From: Gekko japonicus
Taxonomy: Eukaryota
Length of the DNA: 64,000 nt
Assembly: GCF_001447785.1 (NCBI RefSeq)
Contig: NW_015163194.1
Location: 62,001 to 126,000, forward strand
Direction: 5' to 3'
The position numbers and the translations under genes were made by a program. Below the pieces are notes generated by a model. The model was not told where the DNA came from. It saw nothing but the letters and a program-made list of their open reading frames with translations, and made no database searches. Positions 13,418 to 25,559 of this stretch are shown piece by piece. Positions within the stretch are counted from its first letter, which is position 1, and the number at the start of each line of letters is the position of its first letter.

Positions 13418-13649
13418 CAAAGCCTTCCTGGGAGAAAATGTTGCTTTGGACCTTGGTCTTGCTGTGTTGTTTTAACATGGTTTGTTGCCCTTCTTATCGG
13501 CAAAGACCGTGGGACGAACTGAATGAGTTCAAACAAAGCCTTCCTGGGAGAAAACATTGCTTTGGACCTTGGTCTTGCTGTGTCATTTTAACATGGTTTG
13601 TTGCCCTTCTTATCTGCAAAGACCGTGGGACGAACTGAATGAGTTCAAA
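13418..13649. repeat. Tandem duplication of a ~116-bp unit
   Basis: caaagccttcctgggag...gaatgagttcaaa occurs twice. Confidence 0.9.
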
Positions 13650-13784
13650 CGAGACATCTAACCCAGACTAAGATCAGCCTCTAGCAAAGAACCCTGGGAA
13701 CTGTAGTATTTGGAAGATTTTCATTGCTGTCATTATTGCTGATAATGAGCCATTCTCTTTTTACAGAGCTGAAATCCCCAGAGT

Positions 13785-15028
13785 TCTTTGCTTGAGGGAC
13801 CGGGTAAAATAACAAGTTTGAACGTGGTTTGCAGCCTTGACCCCATTGCTTCCCATCATCCAAATCTGTCCTGCCGTCTATGCAAGAAAGTAAACTTTCT
13901 TTCTCTGGTCCCTTGAGGACAATTATGTGAGATGTGAGTTTTCACTCCCACTTCCAGGCTATAAAAGAGCAGCTGATAGTCACATTTTGATAATTCCCTT
14001 CTTAGCAAAGCCTCCGAACATCACGTCACCATCTCCTCTTGAACATCCAATCCGTCTGCTGGACATTGCTTCTCGTGCCTGCTCTTTCTCTGCCTCAGAA
14101 CCAGTTTGGTGTGAGTTTGGTGTAGTGGTTAAGTGTGCGGACTCTAATCTGGGAGAATTGGGTTGGATTCCTCACTCCTTCGCTCACAGCTGCTGGATGG
14201 CCTTGGGCAAGCCATAGTCCTGTCAGAGCTCTCTCAGCCCCACCTACCTCACAGGGTGTCTGTTGTGGGGAGGGGAAGGGAAAGGAGTTTGTAAGCCACT
14301 CTGAGTGAAGGGTGGGGTATATATCCAATCTCCTCCTCCTCCTCCTCTTCTTCTTCTTCTCTGATGGTCTACAGCGGAACATACACTTGGTGGATTCTGT
14401 TTGTGCTGGACTGGATGAAACCGTGGGAGATCCGATGGCTTTGTGATTGTGTGTTAGGCTGTGCAGGTTAGACTGAAACCCACTAGAGCTGTGGAAGCTA
14501 GGAGGCAGAAAGTCTCGTAATGAAAGTCTCTTTGCTTGAGGGACCGGGTAAAATAACAAGTTTGAACGTGGTTTGCAGCCTTGACCCCATTGCTTCCCAT
14601 CATCCAAATCTGTCCTGCCGTCTATGCAAGAAAGTAAACTTTCTTTCTCTGGTCCCTTGAGGACAATTATGTGAGATGTGAGTTTTCACTCCCACTTCCA
14701 GGCTATAAAAGAGCAGCTGATAGTCACATTTTGATAATTCCCTTCTTAGCAAAGCCTCCGAACATCACGTCACCATCTCCTCTTGAACATCCAATCCGTC
14801 TGCTGGACATTGCTTCTCGTGCCTGCTCTTTCTCTGCCTCAGAACCAGTTTGGTGTGAGTTTGGTGTAGTGGTTAAGTGTGCGGACTCTAATCTGGGAGA
14901 ATTGGGTTGGATTCCTCACTCCTTCGCTCACAGCTGCTGGATGGCCTTGGGCAAGCCATAGTCCTGTCAGAGCTCTCTCAGCCCCACCTACCTCACAGGG
15001 TGTCTGTTGTGGGGAGGGGAAGGGAAAG
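13785..15028. repeat. Direct duplication 13785-14284 / 14529-15028 (500 bp)
   Basis: Offset 744; identical ORF translations at 13927 and 14671; each copy includes a Squam3-like SINE 5' part. Confidence 0.92.
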
Positions 15029-15045
15029 TATAATATAATATAATA

Positions 15046-15447
15046 TGGAAAGCCGAGCACCGAAGAATAGATTCTTTTGAACTATGGTGTTGGAGAAGAC
15101 TCTTGAGAGTCCCTTGGACTGCAAGGAGATCAAATCAGTCAATCCTAAAAGAAATCAACCCTGACTGTTCCCTGGAAGGCCAGATAATGAAACTGAAGCT
15201 CAAATACTTTGGCCACCAAATGAGAAGGGAGCACTCACTGGAGAAGACCCTGATGCTGGGAAAGATCGAAGGTCAAAGAAGAAGGGGACGGCAAAGGATG
15301 AGATGGTTAGACAGTGTCATAGATGCAACGAACATGAAGTTGAGCCAACTTCAGAGGACGGTGGAAGACCGGAGGGCCTGGCGTGATCTGGTCCATGGGG
15401 TCGCGAAGAGTCGGACTCGACTGTGCGACTGAACAACAACAACAAAA
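15046..15447 (+). mobile_element. RTE-BovB LINE 3' fragment
   Basis: RVPWTARRSNQSILKEINPDCSLEGQ...LKYFGH...RRRGRQRMRWLD; (CAA)n tail. Confidence 0.92.
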
Positions 15448-17369
15448 TAATATCATGGCTAAGAAAAGGGTCTGGGAGGACCCCAGTCCACATCTTTCCT
15501 GAAGTTGATGCTAGGCAGGCCTCCTTATCTCATTCTCAACCATCTGCAATATAGGGGTGATAATACTGGCCTACCTTGCAGAACTGTTGTAAAGGTTACA
15601 ACAAAATGATGTTCTAAGCAGAGAAATCCCCCCACACACACACACACGCAGAGCACCATGTAAAGTTATGTGATTTGCATGTCTTGTCTATCTGTCTAGG
15701 CAGTAATCAGATGAAAGACTGGTTGTCAGAGGGAGAAATCCTAAACCCTTGATGTTCATGCATCATTGATACTGTAATGGCGCTGGCATATCTTTATGTG
15801 ACTTTGGTGTATGGGCATTATGGAAGCGTAAGGCTTGCAGTGCAATCCTAAGAATACTTTCCTGGGAGTAAACCCCATTGACTAGACTGTAGTCTGATCC
15901 TGAGTTGGCCTGCTTAGGGTTGCTCTCTTACAGTTCAATCCTGAACAGTCATCCCCTCCTAAAGCCACTGACTTCAGCAGATTTAGAACTCTGTTTAGGG
16001 TTCTCTCTTAGTTGCTACCTGAAGCAATTTACAGATTGGCTTTAGGATTCTGTGGTCAGAATCTGCCTTTCAATAGATTAACTAGTTAAATAGCATGAGA
16101 TTAAGTTTGGATGTGACCAGAACCTTAACAGGAGTCCCTTTCACAAATAAAAACCGCCAGTCATAGTTAGAAAGTAAAGTTATTATTCATACACATACAC
16201 AATTGTTCTTTGTTATACAGTTGTTTTTTTATAAGTGTGCCAGTGATCCACTTGAGCAGAAAGACAATACATTTTTCCCTTCTGCGTTTTTGAAATGTGG
16301 TCTATCTTGTTGAAATGCGTAAAGGCTATGGGAAAATGTGGAGAGGCCACATTACTTTAGCGTCCCTGATTTCTTTTTCTTTTAACTTTTATTTCAGTTC
16401 ACAGAAATACAGACGTAAAATATATGTTAAAAATAATACATTTACTTACATTACATTGAACTTGCTTACATTTACTTTTTAATATGTAACATTTCACTTC
16501 TATTTAAATACCTCTATCGTTTTTTCTGTATTTTCACATAATATCATTTTCATAAAGCATCTTACCTAAATCTTTCTTTGTATCATTCCCTATTTTGATT
16601 TATCATAGAAATAAGGGGAAATCCCTAGTGAAAATCCACCCTCCACAAGCGTTACTCTTAAAATCTTCAGGCATTTGCCAAGACAGTACTGGCAACTTTG
16701 CTCTTGTACATTTCTAAAAACAGTGGGTATCACAAAATGCAGGGGACTGGGCCCCCCAATAATTTGAACATCTCTTTTTGCCTTCTACCTGTCCTTCCTT
16801 TCTTCCCTCCCTCCCTCCCTCCCAACAACCAAATATAATCTAAACAAATCTGAGATTTCTCTCCTCCAAAAAAAAACCCTAGGTGATTTATGTTGGAAGT
16901 TCCAGGTGCAATGTCCCTGTGGCGCAGGCCTCCAGACTTTGTGGCAAGAGTGACTAGATAGCTAGTTAGGCACACACTGACCTTTCTTCCTGTGTTTACT
17001 CTTCTGCCACTGTCCCCTTTGAAATGTAGATTGTGTTTTCAGGGACAATTTTCCTTCCTTCCGTTCTCTCTCAGATGAAGACGAACTCTCTCTCTCTGTG
17101 TACGACATGCTGTCCTCTCTTGGAACCATTGGAGCCCTCTTGCCATCTGCTTCCATCCTTTAGCTGGTAAGTTTGTACTCTGTCCTGTCTCTGCTCTTTC
17201 CTATCCAAAGTGTGCTTCTCAAATAAAGAGAGAGGTATTTCTCTTCTAAACTTGCAATGTGGCTTTGTGTCGCTTTGTCAGCTGGGCGAGTTGGTAAAGT
17301 AATGCTTCTGCATTTGTAGCTTTATTTAAGCACTCTGCTAACTAGGGGTAACTACACTAACCGCAGCAG

Positions 17370-17790
17370 TTAATGCAACCCAGAGATGCTCCATCAGATG
17401 TGCCTGAGCTGCAAGGGAGACCCAGAGAGACCGGACAATCTCTGGTTGTCCAATCTGTCTGGGTTTCCTTTGCAGTTCAGGCACATCTGATGGAGCATCT
17501 CTGGGTTGCATCTGTAATTCAGGTACGGCTGGTGCGTCTCTGGGTTACCTCTGTGGTTCAGGTACAGCTACTGGGGCATCTCATCTGCTGGGATCACCTT
17601 AGGAATCTCCTCTTCCCTGGTGTTTCCCACATCAAGGGACACCATCTGGTTGCTCACTTCAGTGTTAGCCCCCTCTGAACCTTGAGGCCTGGCATTTTCA
17701 TCAAAATGAACAGATTTGCTTATAGCAATCTCATTAGTCTTTGAATCCAAGATTCTGTAGCCTTTTGCACCTAGCTGCATATCCAACAAC
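17370..17790 (-). mobile_element. Ty1/Copia LTR-retrotransposon pol fragment (post-integrase SH3-like region)
   Basis: GAKGYRILD...ISKSVHFDE motif followed by degenerate ~33-bp tandem repeats. Confidence 0.65.
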
Positions 17791-18314
17791 TTTAAAATAC
17801 ATTCGCTTATGCTAATTTTAACATCAGTTAGGATAAGTATCGCGTTAGGGCTGGAGGACTGTGTGTTTTCCCCATTTCTTTACATCTTTGCTCAGTCCGA
17901 TGCTTGAACAGACAGTGTGTACTCTCCTTAAATGTTTGTTAAACCTTCACATATTCTGAATGCCCAAAGCCTGATCTCTGAACTCACACTATGCCTATTC
18001 AGTCCCACTTTCCAAAGATCAGTAGAGGGTATGGGCAAAGGTTGAGCTTGCCACCCCTAAAGTGCATATGCACAAGAGTGCAAAAGTGCAATAGATCATC
18101 TAGCTAGTACAAGTGAAGTGGGAGACACAGCAACTAGGCAGAGCCTTAAAAAAACACAGTGTGGTATAAAATGCTAGAAGTACAAATCCTTCCAGCAGGA
18201 GATACTCTTTTAGATGTGTTGGTGACAGTGCTTGCTACCCAGAGAGAAGCTGATAACTCCCAGGATTAAAGGAAAGGGTTGCCTTGGCAAGTGGAGACTT
18301 TCTTGGCAGGTGAA

Positions 18315-18888
18315 CATAAGAACATAAGAGATGCCAATGTTGGATCAGGCCAAAGGCCCATCCAGTCCAACACTCTGTATCACACAGTGGCCAAAAATAC
18401 CAGGTGCCATCAGGAGGTCCACCAGTGGGGTTTTGAAGCCGTCCATGCTTGTAGCCGCCACCACTTCCTGTGGCAGTGAATTCCAAGTGTTAATCACTCT
18501 TTGGGTGAAGAAGTACTTCCTTTTATCCGTTCTAACCCGACCGCTCAGCAATTTCATGGAGTGCCCACGAGTTCTTGTATTGTGAGAAAGGGAGATAAGT
18601 ACCTCTTTCTCAACCTGCTCTATCCCATGCATAATCTTATAAACCTCAATCATGTCACCCCTCAGTCGTCGTTTCTCCAAGCTAAAGAGCCCCAAGCGCT
18701 TTAACCTTTCCTCATAGGGAAAGTGTTCCAACCCTTTTATCATTTGAGTTGCCCATTTCTGCACTTTTTCCAAAGCTACAATATCCTTTCTAAGGTGTGG
18801 TGACCAGAACTGCACACAGTATTCCAAATGAGGTCGCACCATTGATTTATATAGGGGCATTATGATATTGGGTGATCTGTTCTCAATA
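18315..18888 (-). mobile_element. CR1 LINE 3' fragment
   Basis: LYKSMVRPHLEYCVQFWSP, LFSLEKRRLRGD, FFTQRVINTWNSLP; octamer tail. Confidence 0.92.
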
Positions 18889-19083
18889 CTTGAGACTTGA
18901 GACAACAGTGGGGCTTTACTGATCCTGGACCAAAGAAGGAATGGGGCTGGTGAGACTGTTCTGTAACATGATTTTTTAAAATTGCCCACTTTATCACTCA
19001 AAGGCACAGGGCAATGCATTTCCCCTTAATCTTCATTCTTCCTCCCCCCCCTAGTGTCCATCAATAAGGCTTGAGCTGACCTG

Positions 19084-20067
19084 ATGGAAGGGGAGAACCA
19101 TACCACAGTGACTGAGTTTATCCTTCTGGGGCTGGCCACCGATCCGGAGACGAAGCTTCTACTGTTTGCTTTCTTCTTAGCAGTGTATGCCATCACCGTG
19201 ACAGGCAATCTTTTGATTGTAAGCCTAGTGGTCTTCGAACCTAGCCTGCACACTCCGATGTACTTCCTGTTGGGAAACCTCTCTTTCCTGGATTTCTGCT
19301 ATTCCACCATCACCGGTCCCAAGATGCTGGTAGGCTTCCTAACGAGGACTAACACCATCACCTATGGAGGCTGTGTTTCCCAGATCTTCTTCTTCCACTT
19401 CATTGGAGGCATCAAGATCTTTCTCCTGACCATCATGGCCTACGATCGCTACGTGGCCATCTTCTACCCATTGCGCTACATGGCCATCATGAACGGGGTC
19501 ATCTTTGACGGGCTGATATGGGCCTCCTGGGTTGGTGGCTTTGTCCACTCCATCGTTCAGGTGGCCATTATTGTCCAACTGCCCTTTTGTGGCCCCAACA
19601 TTTTGGATAATTTCTACTGTGATGTGCCACAGGTGGTCAAACTGGCTTGTACCGATACCTTTGTGGTGGAGCTGCTCATGGTGTCCAACAATGGCCTGGT
19701 GACCTCGATGTGCTTTGTGGTGTTACTGGTATCGTACTCCATTCTACTGGCCAAGCTGAGGGCAGGTTCTGCACCAGGGCAGAGCAAGGCTGCTTCTACT
19801 TGTGCTTCCCACATCACCGTGGTGACCCTGATCTTTGGGCCGTGCATCTATATTTATGCCCGTCCCTTCCGCAGCTTCCCAATGGATAAAGCTGTTGCCG
19901 TCCTCTACACTCTCATCACGCCTGTCCTGAACCCTTTCATTTACACACTGAGGAACAAAGATTTCAAAAGTGCCCTGGAAAAGCTCAAAGGAAAGAAGCA
20001 GAAATTAAGTCCCTTCTCCCAGCCTACAAGCCGGTTTGATGTAGTGGTTAAGAGCAGTGGACTCTAA
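19084..20067 (+). CDS. Olfactory receptor, family 4, OR4D5-like (327 aa)
   Basis: LHTPMYFLLGNLSFLDFCYS, FFFHFIGGIKIFLLT (OR4D5-type TM3), MAYDRY, MVSNNGLVT, FPMDKAV, NPFIYTLRN. The last ~12 codons lie inside a SINE. Confidence 0.93.
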   Translation: MEGENHTTVTEFILLGLATDPETKLLLFAFFLAVYAITVTGNLLIVSLVVFEPSLHTPMYFLLGNLSFLDFCYSTITGPKMLVGFLTRTNTITYGGCVSQIFFFHFIGGIKIFLLTIMAYDRYVAIFYPLRYMAIMNGVIFDGLIWASWVGGFVHSIVQVAIIVQLPFCGPNILDNFYCDVPQVVKLACTDTFVVELLMVSNNGLVTSMCFVVLLVSYSILLAKLRAGSAPGQSKAASTCASHITVVTLIFGPCIYIYARPFRSFPMDKAVAVLYTLITPVLNPFIYTLRNKDFKSALEKLKGKKQKLSPFSQPTSRFDVVVKSSGL

Positions 20068-20535
20068 TCTGGGAGAACCGGGTTTGATTCCCCACTCCTC
20101 CACATGCAGCTGCTGGTGTGACCTCGGGCAAGCCACAGTTCCCTCAGAGCTATTCTCTCGAGAGCAGTTCACAGTCAGCTCTCTCTCAGCCCCCACCTAC
20201 CTCACAGGCAGTGTTCCCTCTAAGCTGAGTTAGTGTGAGCCAGCTCACAGTTTTTTAGCCTCCAGCTCACAGATTTTTGTCTTAGCTCAGGAAGGATGGC
20301 TCCAGAGCAAACTAATATATGCAGGCCCCTACCACACGGCCGCAGTAGCCAAATCGCTGGCTCACAACTTTAATGCCGGCAGCTCACAGAGTAGAATTTC
20401 TGCTCACAAGACTCCACAGCTTAAAGCAAACATTGCTCACAGGGTGTCTGTTGTGAGGAGAGGAAGGGAAGGAGATTGTAAGGTGAAACTCTGAGTGAAG
20501 GGCGCGGTATCAATCCAATCTCTTCTTCTCTTCTT
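20029..20535 (+). mobile_element. Squam3-like SINE overlapping the OR4D5-like stop codon, interrupted by a MITE
   Basis: agccggtttgatgtagtggttaag head matches the other copies. Confidence 0.88.
20209..20435. mobile_element. hAT-type MITE (CAGTGTTCCCTCTAAG TIR)
   Basis: 8-bp TSD CTCACAGG; related copies at 25299-25505, 44377-44583 and 55021-55140. Confidence 0.85.
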
Positions 20536-20865
20536 GGTTCTTGTTAAAGTTCATGATGAGAGCCAGTGTGGTGGTGTGGCTTGAGTGTTGGAATGTGACT
20601 GGGGAGACTCAAGTACGAAATCCCCACCAGGGAAGCTTGGCGGGTGCCCTTGGGCAAGTCACTCTTCCGCTCGGCCTAATTATCTCACAAGATTCCTGTG
20701 AGGATAAAATGGTGGAGGGAAGAATGATGGTGAAGGCAGCTTTTGATCCCCTCTAAGGAATGGGCAGGTTTAAATACCGAAATAAATAAGTAAAATTCAG
20801 ACCTTTCTCCAGAATAAAACAGAAAACCTCTACAGAGTTGGTCCCCTTCACAATTGCACTGAGTT

Positions 20866-21156
20866 GCCAGTTTGGTGTTGTGGTTAAGTGTGCGGACTCT
20901 AATCTGGGAGAACCGGGTTTGATTCCCCACTCCTCCACTTGCACCTGGGTGGATGACCTTGGGCAAGCCATAGTTCTGATAAGGGCTGTTCTTGAAAAAG
21001 AGCAGTTTCTGTCAGAGCTCTCTCAGCCCCACCCTACCTCACAGGGTGTCTGTTGTGGGGAGGGGAAGGGAGAGGAGTTTGTAAGCCGCTCTGAGACTCC
21101 CTTGGGTAGTGAAGGGCGGGGTATAAATCCAATCTCTTCTTCTCTTCTTCTTCTTC
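20866..21156 (+). mobile_element. Squam3-like SINE
   Basis: Full-length copy with TTC tail. Confidence 0.88.
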
Positions 21157-22632
21157 ATAACAATTTAGATCTCATCAAAAAAGTACTGCTATGTAATATC
21201 ATATAGGATGTTTTCACTTCTTAAAGAGAATAAGGCTGCGGTCACACCTGCAGTTTGCAGCGGCATTGTTGCGGTGCCTTTGCAGATTTAAAGAGCACAA
21301 TCAGACAATGACATCTGCCTTCCATGCCTCAGTTGTGGCCACCCCATTTTGCCCCACTCCGGAAGCAGAGTAACCAGACACCAGGGAAATTTGGTATTTA
21401 CTGATGCCAACACTTCCATTCCACTTTTTTTGGCCATCTGAGCTCCCCTGTCCCAAACTGAAGCCAGATGGGAAGTCTGAACTGGCAGATCCATTTCGGC
21501 TGGGTTATGCAAACAAACAAACAAATAATCTATCATGCTGTACAAATCACACTTGAGACTGTCTTCTCAGACAGTTCTACTTACAACCAAAATTAAAACA
21601 CATAACAAATAGTTTTGCCACCATGCGTAAATGACAACTGCACTGGTTGAATAGGTCACCAGGCTACACCTGCACTAGTTGAAGAGGAGGAGGAGGAGGA
21701 GGAGGAGAAGGAGGAGACTGGATTTATACCCTNNNNNNNNNNNNNNNNNNNNNNNNNNNNNNNNNNNNNNNNNNNNNNNNNNNNNNNNNNNNNNNNNNNN
21801 NNNNNNNNNNNNNNNNNNNNNNNNNNNNNNNNNNNNNNNNNNNNNNNNNNNNNNNNNNNNNNNNNNNNNNNNNNNNNNNNNNNNNNNNNNNNNNNNNNNN
21901 NNNNNNNNNNNNNNNNNNNNNNNNNNNNNNNNNNNNNNNNNNNNNNNNNNNNNNNNNNNNNNNNNNNNNNNNNNNNNNNNNNNNNNNNNNNNNNNNNNNN
22001 NNNNNNNNNNNNNNNNNNNNNNNNNNNNNNNNNNNNNNNNNNNNNNNNNNNNNNNNNNNNNNNNNNNNNNNNNNNNNNNNNNNNNNNNNNNNNNNNNNNN
22101 NNNNNNNNNNNNNNNNNNNNNNNNNNNNNNNNNNNNNNNNNNNNNNNNNNNNNNNNNNNNNNNNNNNNNNNNNNNNNNNNNNNNNNNNNNNNNNNNNNNN
22201 NNNNNNNNNNNNNNNNNNNNNNNNNNNNNNNNNNNNNNNNNNNNNNNNNNNNNNNNNNNNNNNNNNNNNNNNNNNNNNNNNNNNNNNNNNNNNNNNNNNN
22301 NNNNNNNNNNNNNNNNNNNNNNNNNNNNNNNNNNNNNNNNNNNNNNNNNNNNNNNNNNNNNNNNNNNNNNNNNNNNNNNNNNNNNNNNNNNNNNNNNNNN
22401 NNNNNNNNNNNNNNNNNNNNNNNNNNNNNNNNNNNNNNNNNNNNNNNNNNNNNNNNNNNNNNNNNNNNNNNNNNNNNNNNNNNNNNNNNNNNNNNNNNNN
22501 NNNNNNNNNNNNNNNNNNNNNNNNNNNNNNNNNNNNNNNNNNNNNNNNNNNNNNNNNNNNNNNNNNNNNNNNNNNNNNNNNNNNNNNNNNNNNNNNNNNN
22601 NNNNNNNNNNNNNNNNNNNNNNNNNNNNNNNN

Positions 22633-22965
22633 AGGAACGGAGTTCCGGATGGCTCCCAAGTTGGCCACGCCCAGCAGGAACTCATTAGCATAATAAGTCA
22701 CACCCAACAGCAGAAACTCATTCGGATTGGCTACATTAGGGGTGTGTGGCCTAACTTGCAAAGGGGTTCCTGCTACAAAAAAAGCCCTGGGTTTTGACCA
22801 CAAACAAGGTAAACAGAATAAGAAGCAAAAGGTGGGTGTGGCTGGATAACCACACTTCTGGTAACATGGGGGTGCAGCCTAATATGCTAATGAGTTTCTG
22901 CTGTTGGGTGTGGCCTATTATGCTAATGAGTTCCTGCTGGGCTTTTTCTACAAAAAAGAGCCCTG
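22633..22965. mobile_element. hAT-type MITE (family of 53486-53847), one end in gap
   Basis: Reverse copy of 53486-53847, ending ...agccctg. Confidence 0.75.
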
Positions 22966-23529
22966 CCAATCAGGATTGCAGTGGGCTAGAGCAGGGCCAG
23001 TTCCAGGGTTCTGGGGGCCCCTGGGCAGAGGGTTTCCCCATCCTCTGCCCATCACCAGCCCCCTGCCTCCCACCTGCTTGTGTGTTTTCCCCTTGTCTGC
23101 TTACCGGCTGTCACCCTGCCCATGCTCACAGTTGCCTGCAGCCCTTTCCCCAGTGTCACTGGGCCGTGCTTGCTGCGGGGCACATGTGTGGTGGAGTGCT
23201 AACAAGTGAGCATGCAGGGGACATCAGCAACAGTGGGTCCTGCCAGAGACTCTGAGCCCTGGCAGCTGCACCACCTCCTAGTATGCCAACTCTGGTCCTC
23301 AGCTAGACAAAAGAGAGACTTCTATCCACTGGGGACCACTGTACACCCCCCCAATCTTCGGCCTGAAGGAGGCCCCATCACCCAATTGAAAGGCAGGCCT
23401 GGGTAAGAATGGCATTTCCTTCCTCAACCTTCTTGCTCTAGAGCACCCCCTAGTGGTAAACAAAGAGCCATGTTTTTCTCTTGGCAGGGGTGCGGCCATT
23501 CATTTCACAAAGCCCTCATGGTCATTATC

Positions 23530-23949
23530 CAGGGGTCATTTCCTGCAGGAGCGCACAGGAGCGGAGCTCCGGCAGTAAAGATCCCAGGGGGCGGGCACAT
23601 GCAACAAGCCCCACCCCCTGCTCTCAGCAGCCATCAGTCAGAGCAAGAAGCAGCCAGGTAAGTTGCAGAACCCCCTCCCAGCACCCCCCCGGTCCAAAAC
23701 AGTCCAGTGGCACCTTTAAGACCAAGTTTTATTCAGGTACAAGCTCTCCCTCCTCTGCGAGGACAGATCTGTGCGTCCCCCCCCCCCCAATAGCTAGCAA
23801 TCCAAAACAGTCCAATGGAGCCTGAGCGGTAGGTTTTGCCTTCTGACACACTTCCGGTGATGTCAGGGGGTGTGGCATATGCTCATAAGTTATGCTAATG
23901 AGTTATGCTAATGAGCTCCTGCACCTCTCTTTCTACAAAATGACCCCTG
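23530..23949. mobile_element. hAT-type MITE (CAGGGGTCATTT TIR)
   Basis: TIRs; same family as 52132-52634 and 62601-63001. Confidence 0.8.
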
Positions 23950-23997
23950 ATATAACTGTAGCTAGATGAAACAGGCAAAAAGTTCTCTGTTTTGCAT

Positions 23998-24045
23998 TCT
24001 CATGGGAAATCCCGAGTTGCACTTTTAATAACGTCCCTCGTGGCA
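23998..24045 (+). promoter_or_regulatory. Putative OR4M-like promoter (O/E + homeodomain + O/E-like sites)
   Basis: TCTCATGGGA (23998-24007) and ACTTTTAATAACGTCCCTCGTGG (24021-24043); GTGAGT donors near 24520-24545. Confidence 0.45.
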
Positions 24046-24619
24046 GGTGTGTGCCGCCTGGCTGTCTCTGAACCTCTCCTGGGCCTGCCTGCTCCAGAAC
24101 TTCCAAGCCCCTTAAGATGCTTTGCTCTTGCAGACCGAGTTATATGTTCCCGAGAAGATGTTCTGCCGGGCAGAGGGAACCCTTTGGAGGAGGAAGGAGG
24201 TCCCTTCCTCTACACAAGCCCCCTGTAGCTGGTAGGTGTTAGCGCAAGCTTTGCTAGTCCACAGTCAGTCATATAAGCTCCAAGACAGAATTGTTCTAGA
24301 AAGACTTGCAAGATGTTTGCTTCTTCAAGGTGTCCCTTTCACTGCAGCCCATAATATTTCTCTTTTGCTTTCAGCACTGTCTCTTTCTACAGCACAATCT
24401 ATATTGTGCTTCGATAGTCTCTTTCTAGGACAATTTTTATGATTCATAATTTAGTGCATTTCCTTCAGTAGCAGAAACTTTTCCTGAGGAAGAACAAGAA
24501 AATTGCTTGGCTAAAGAGTGAGTATTGTAAAAGTAAATTGTGAGTAAGGTCTGGGAGTATAGCAATCATTCTGACTGAAGTATATCTTTAGAAAAAATGA
24601 TGTCATACAGTGTCTTTAC

Positions 24620-24901
24620 AAGAAGAAGAAGAAGAGATTGGATTTATACCCCACCCTTCACAACCCAAAGGTGTCTCAGAGCGGCTTACAAACTCCTTTC
24701 CCTTCCCCTCCCCACAACAGACACCCTGTGAGGTAGGCGGGGCTGAGAGAACTCTTGACAGAAACTGCCCTTTTTCAAGAATAGCTCTTATCAGAACTGT
24801 GGCTTGCCCAAGGTCATCCAGCCAGGTGCAAGTGGAGGAGCGGGGAATCAAACCCGGTTCTCCCAGATTAGAGTCCACACACTTAACCACTACACCAAAC
24901 T
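24620..24901 (-). mobile_element. Squam3-like SINE
   Basis: Full reverse copy. Confidence 0.88.
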
Positions 24902-25298
24902 GCCTGTATGTATGTGTTTCCAGATGGACAGCTAGAGACATGATTTGTTTATACAAGATAAATACATTAATTTTGATGGAAATATATCACCAGAATAATA
25001 TTATCAGGTAAAAAACAAACAAAAAAATGAATAGTTAATAAAGGGAGAACAACACTCTAGGGAAATCTGGAAAGATTTTGTGGTAATGCCATTTCAGCCG
25101 TTTTCCAAAATAGTTTTGCCACTATGTCAAAGAAGGTATCTTCATGTTTCAGCATATTTAGAGATAGTAAGTCAGTCTTAGGTAATGAGCATGAAAGATG
25201 TAAGCAGGTTGTTTCTATATAGGCAGGCAATACTTATAAATAGAAAGCTTTTCAGGAGGAAAAACCAGAGAATTGTATGAATTAATTAAGCTCTGAAC

Positions 25299-25505
25299 CA
25301 ATGCTCCCTCTAAGCTGTGGAGTCCTGTGAGAAAAAATTCTATGTTGTGAGCTACTGGCATTACACTTGTGAGCAGGTGATTTGGCTACTGCATAAATTA
25401 GTTTGCTCTGGAGCCATCCTTCCTGAGCTAAGGCAAAAATGTGTGAGCTGGAGGCTAAACAAACTGTGAGCTAGCTTACACTCACTCAGCTTAGAAGGAA
25501 CACTG
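25299..25505. mobile_element. hAT-type MITE
   Basis: TSD CTCTGAAC on both sides. Confidence 0.85.
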
Positions 25506-25559
25506 CTCTGAACCATTATTGTGTGTGTAAAGTGCCATCAAGTTGCAGCTGTCTGATGA

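Noticed and set aside
21675-22803. Long ORFs spanning N-runs (also 14-627, 31149-31703, 41234-41743, 48547-49206, 54629-54910, 61815-62181)
   Set aside because: Artefacts of assembly gaps translated as X.
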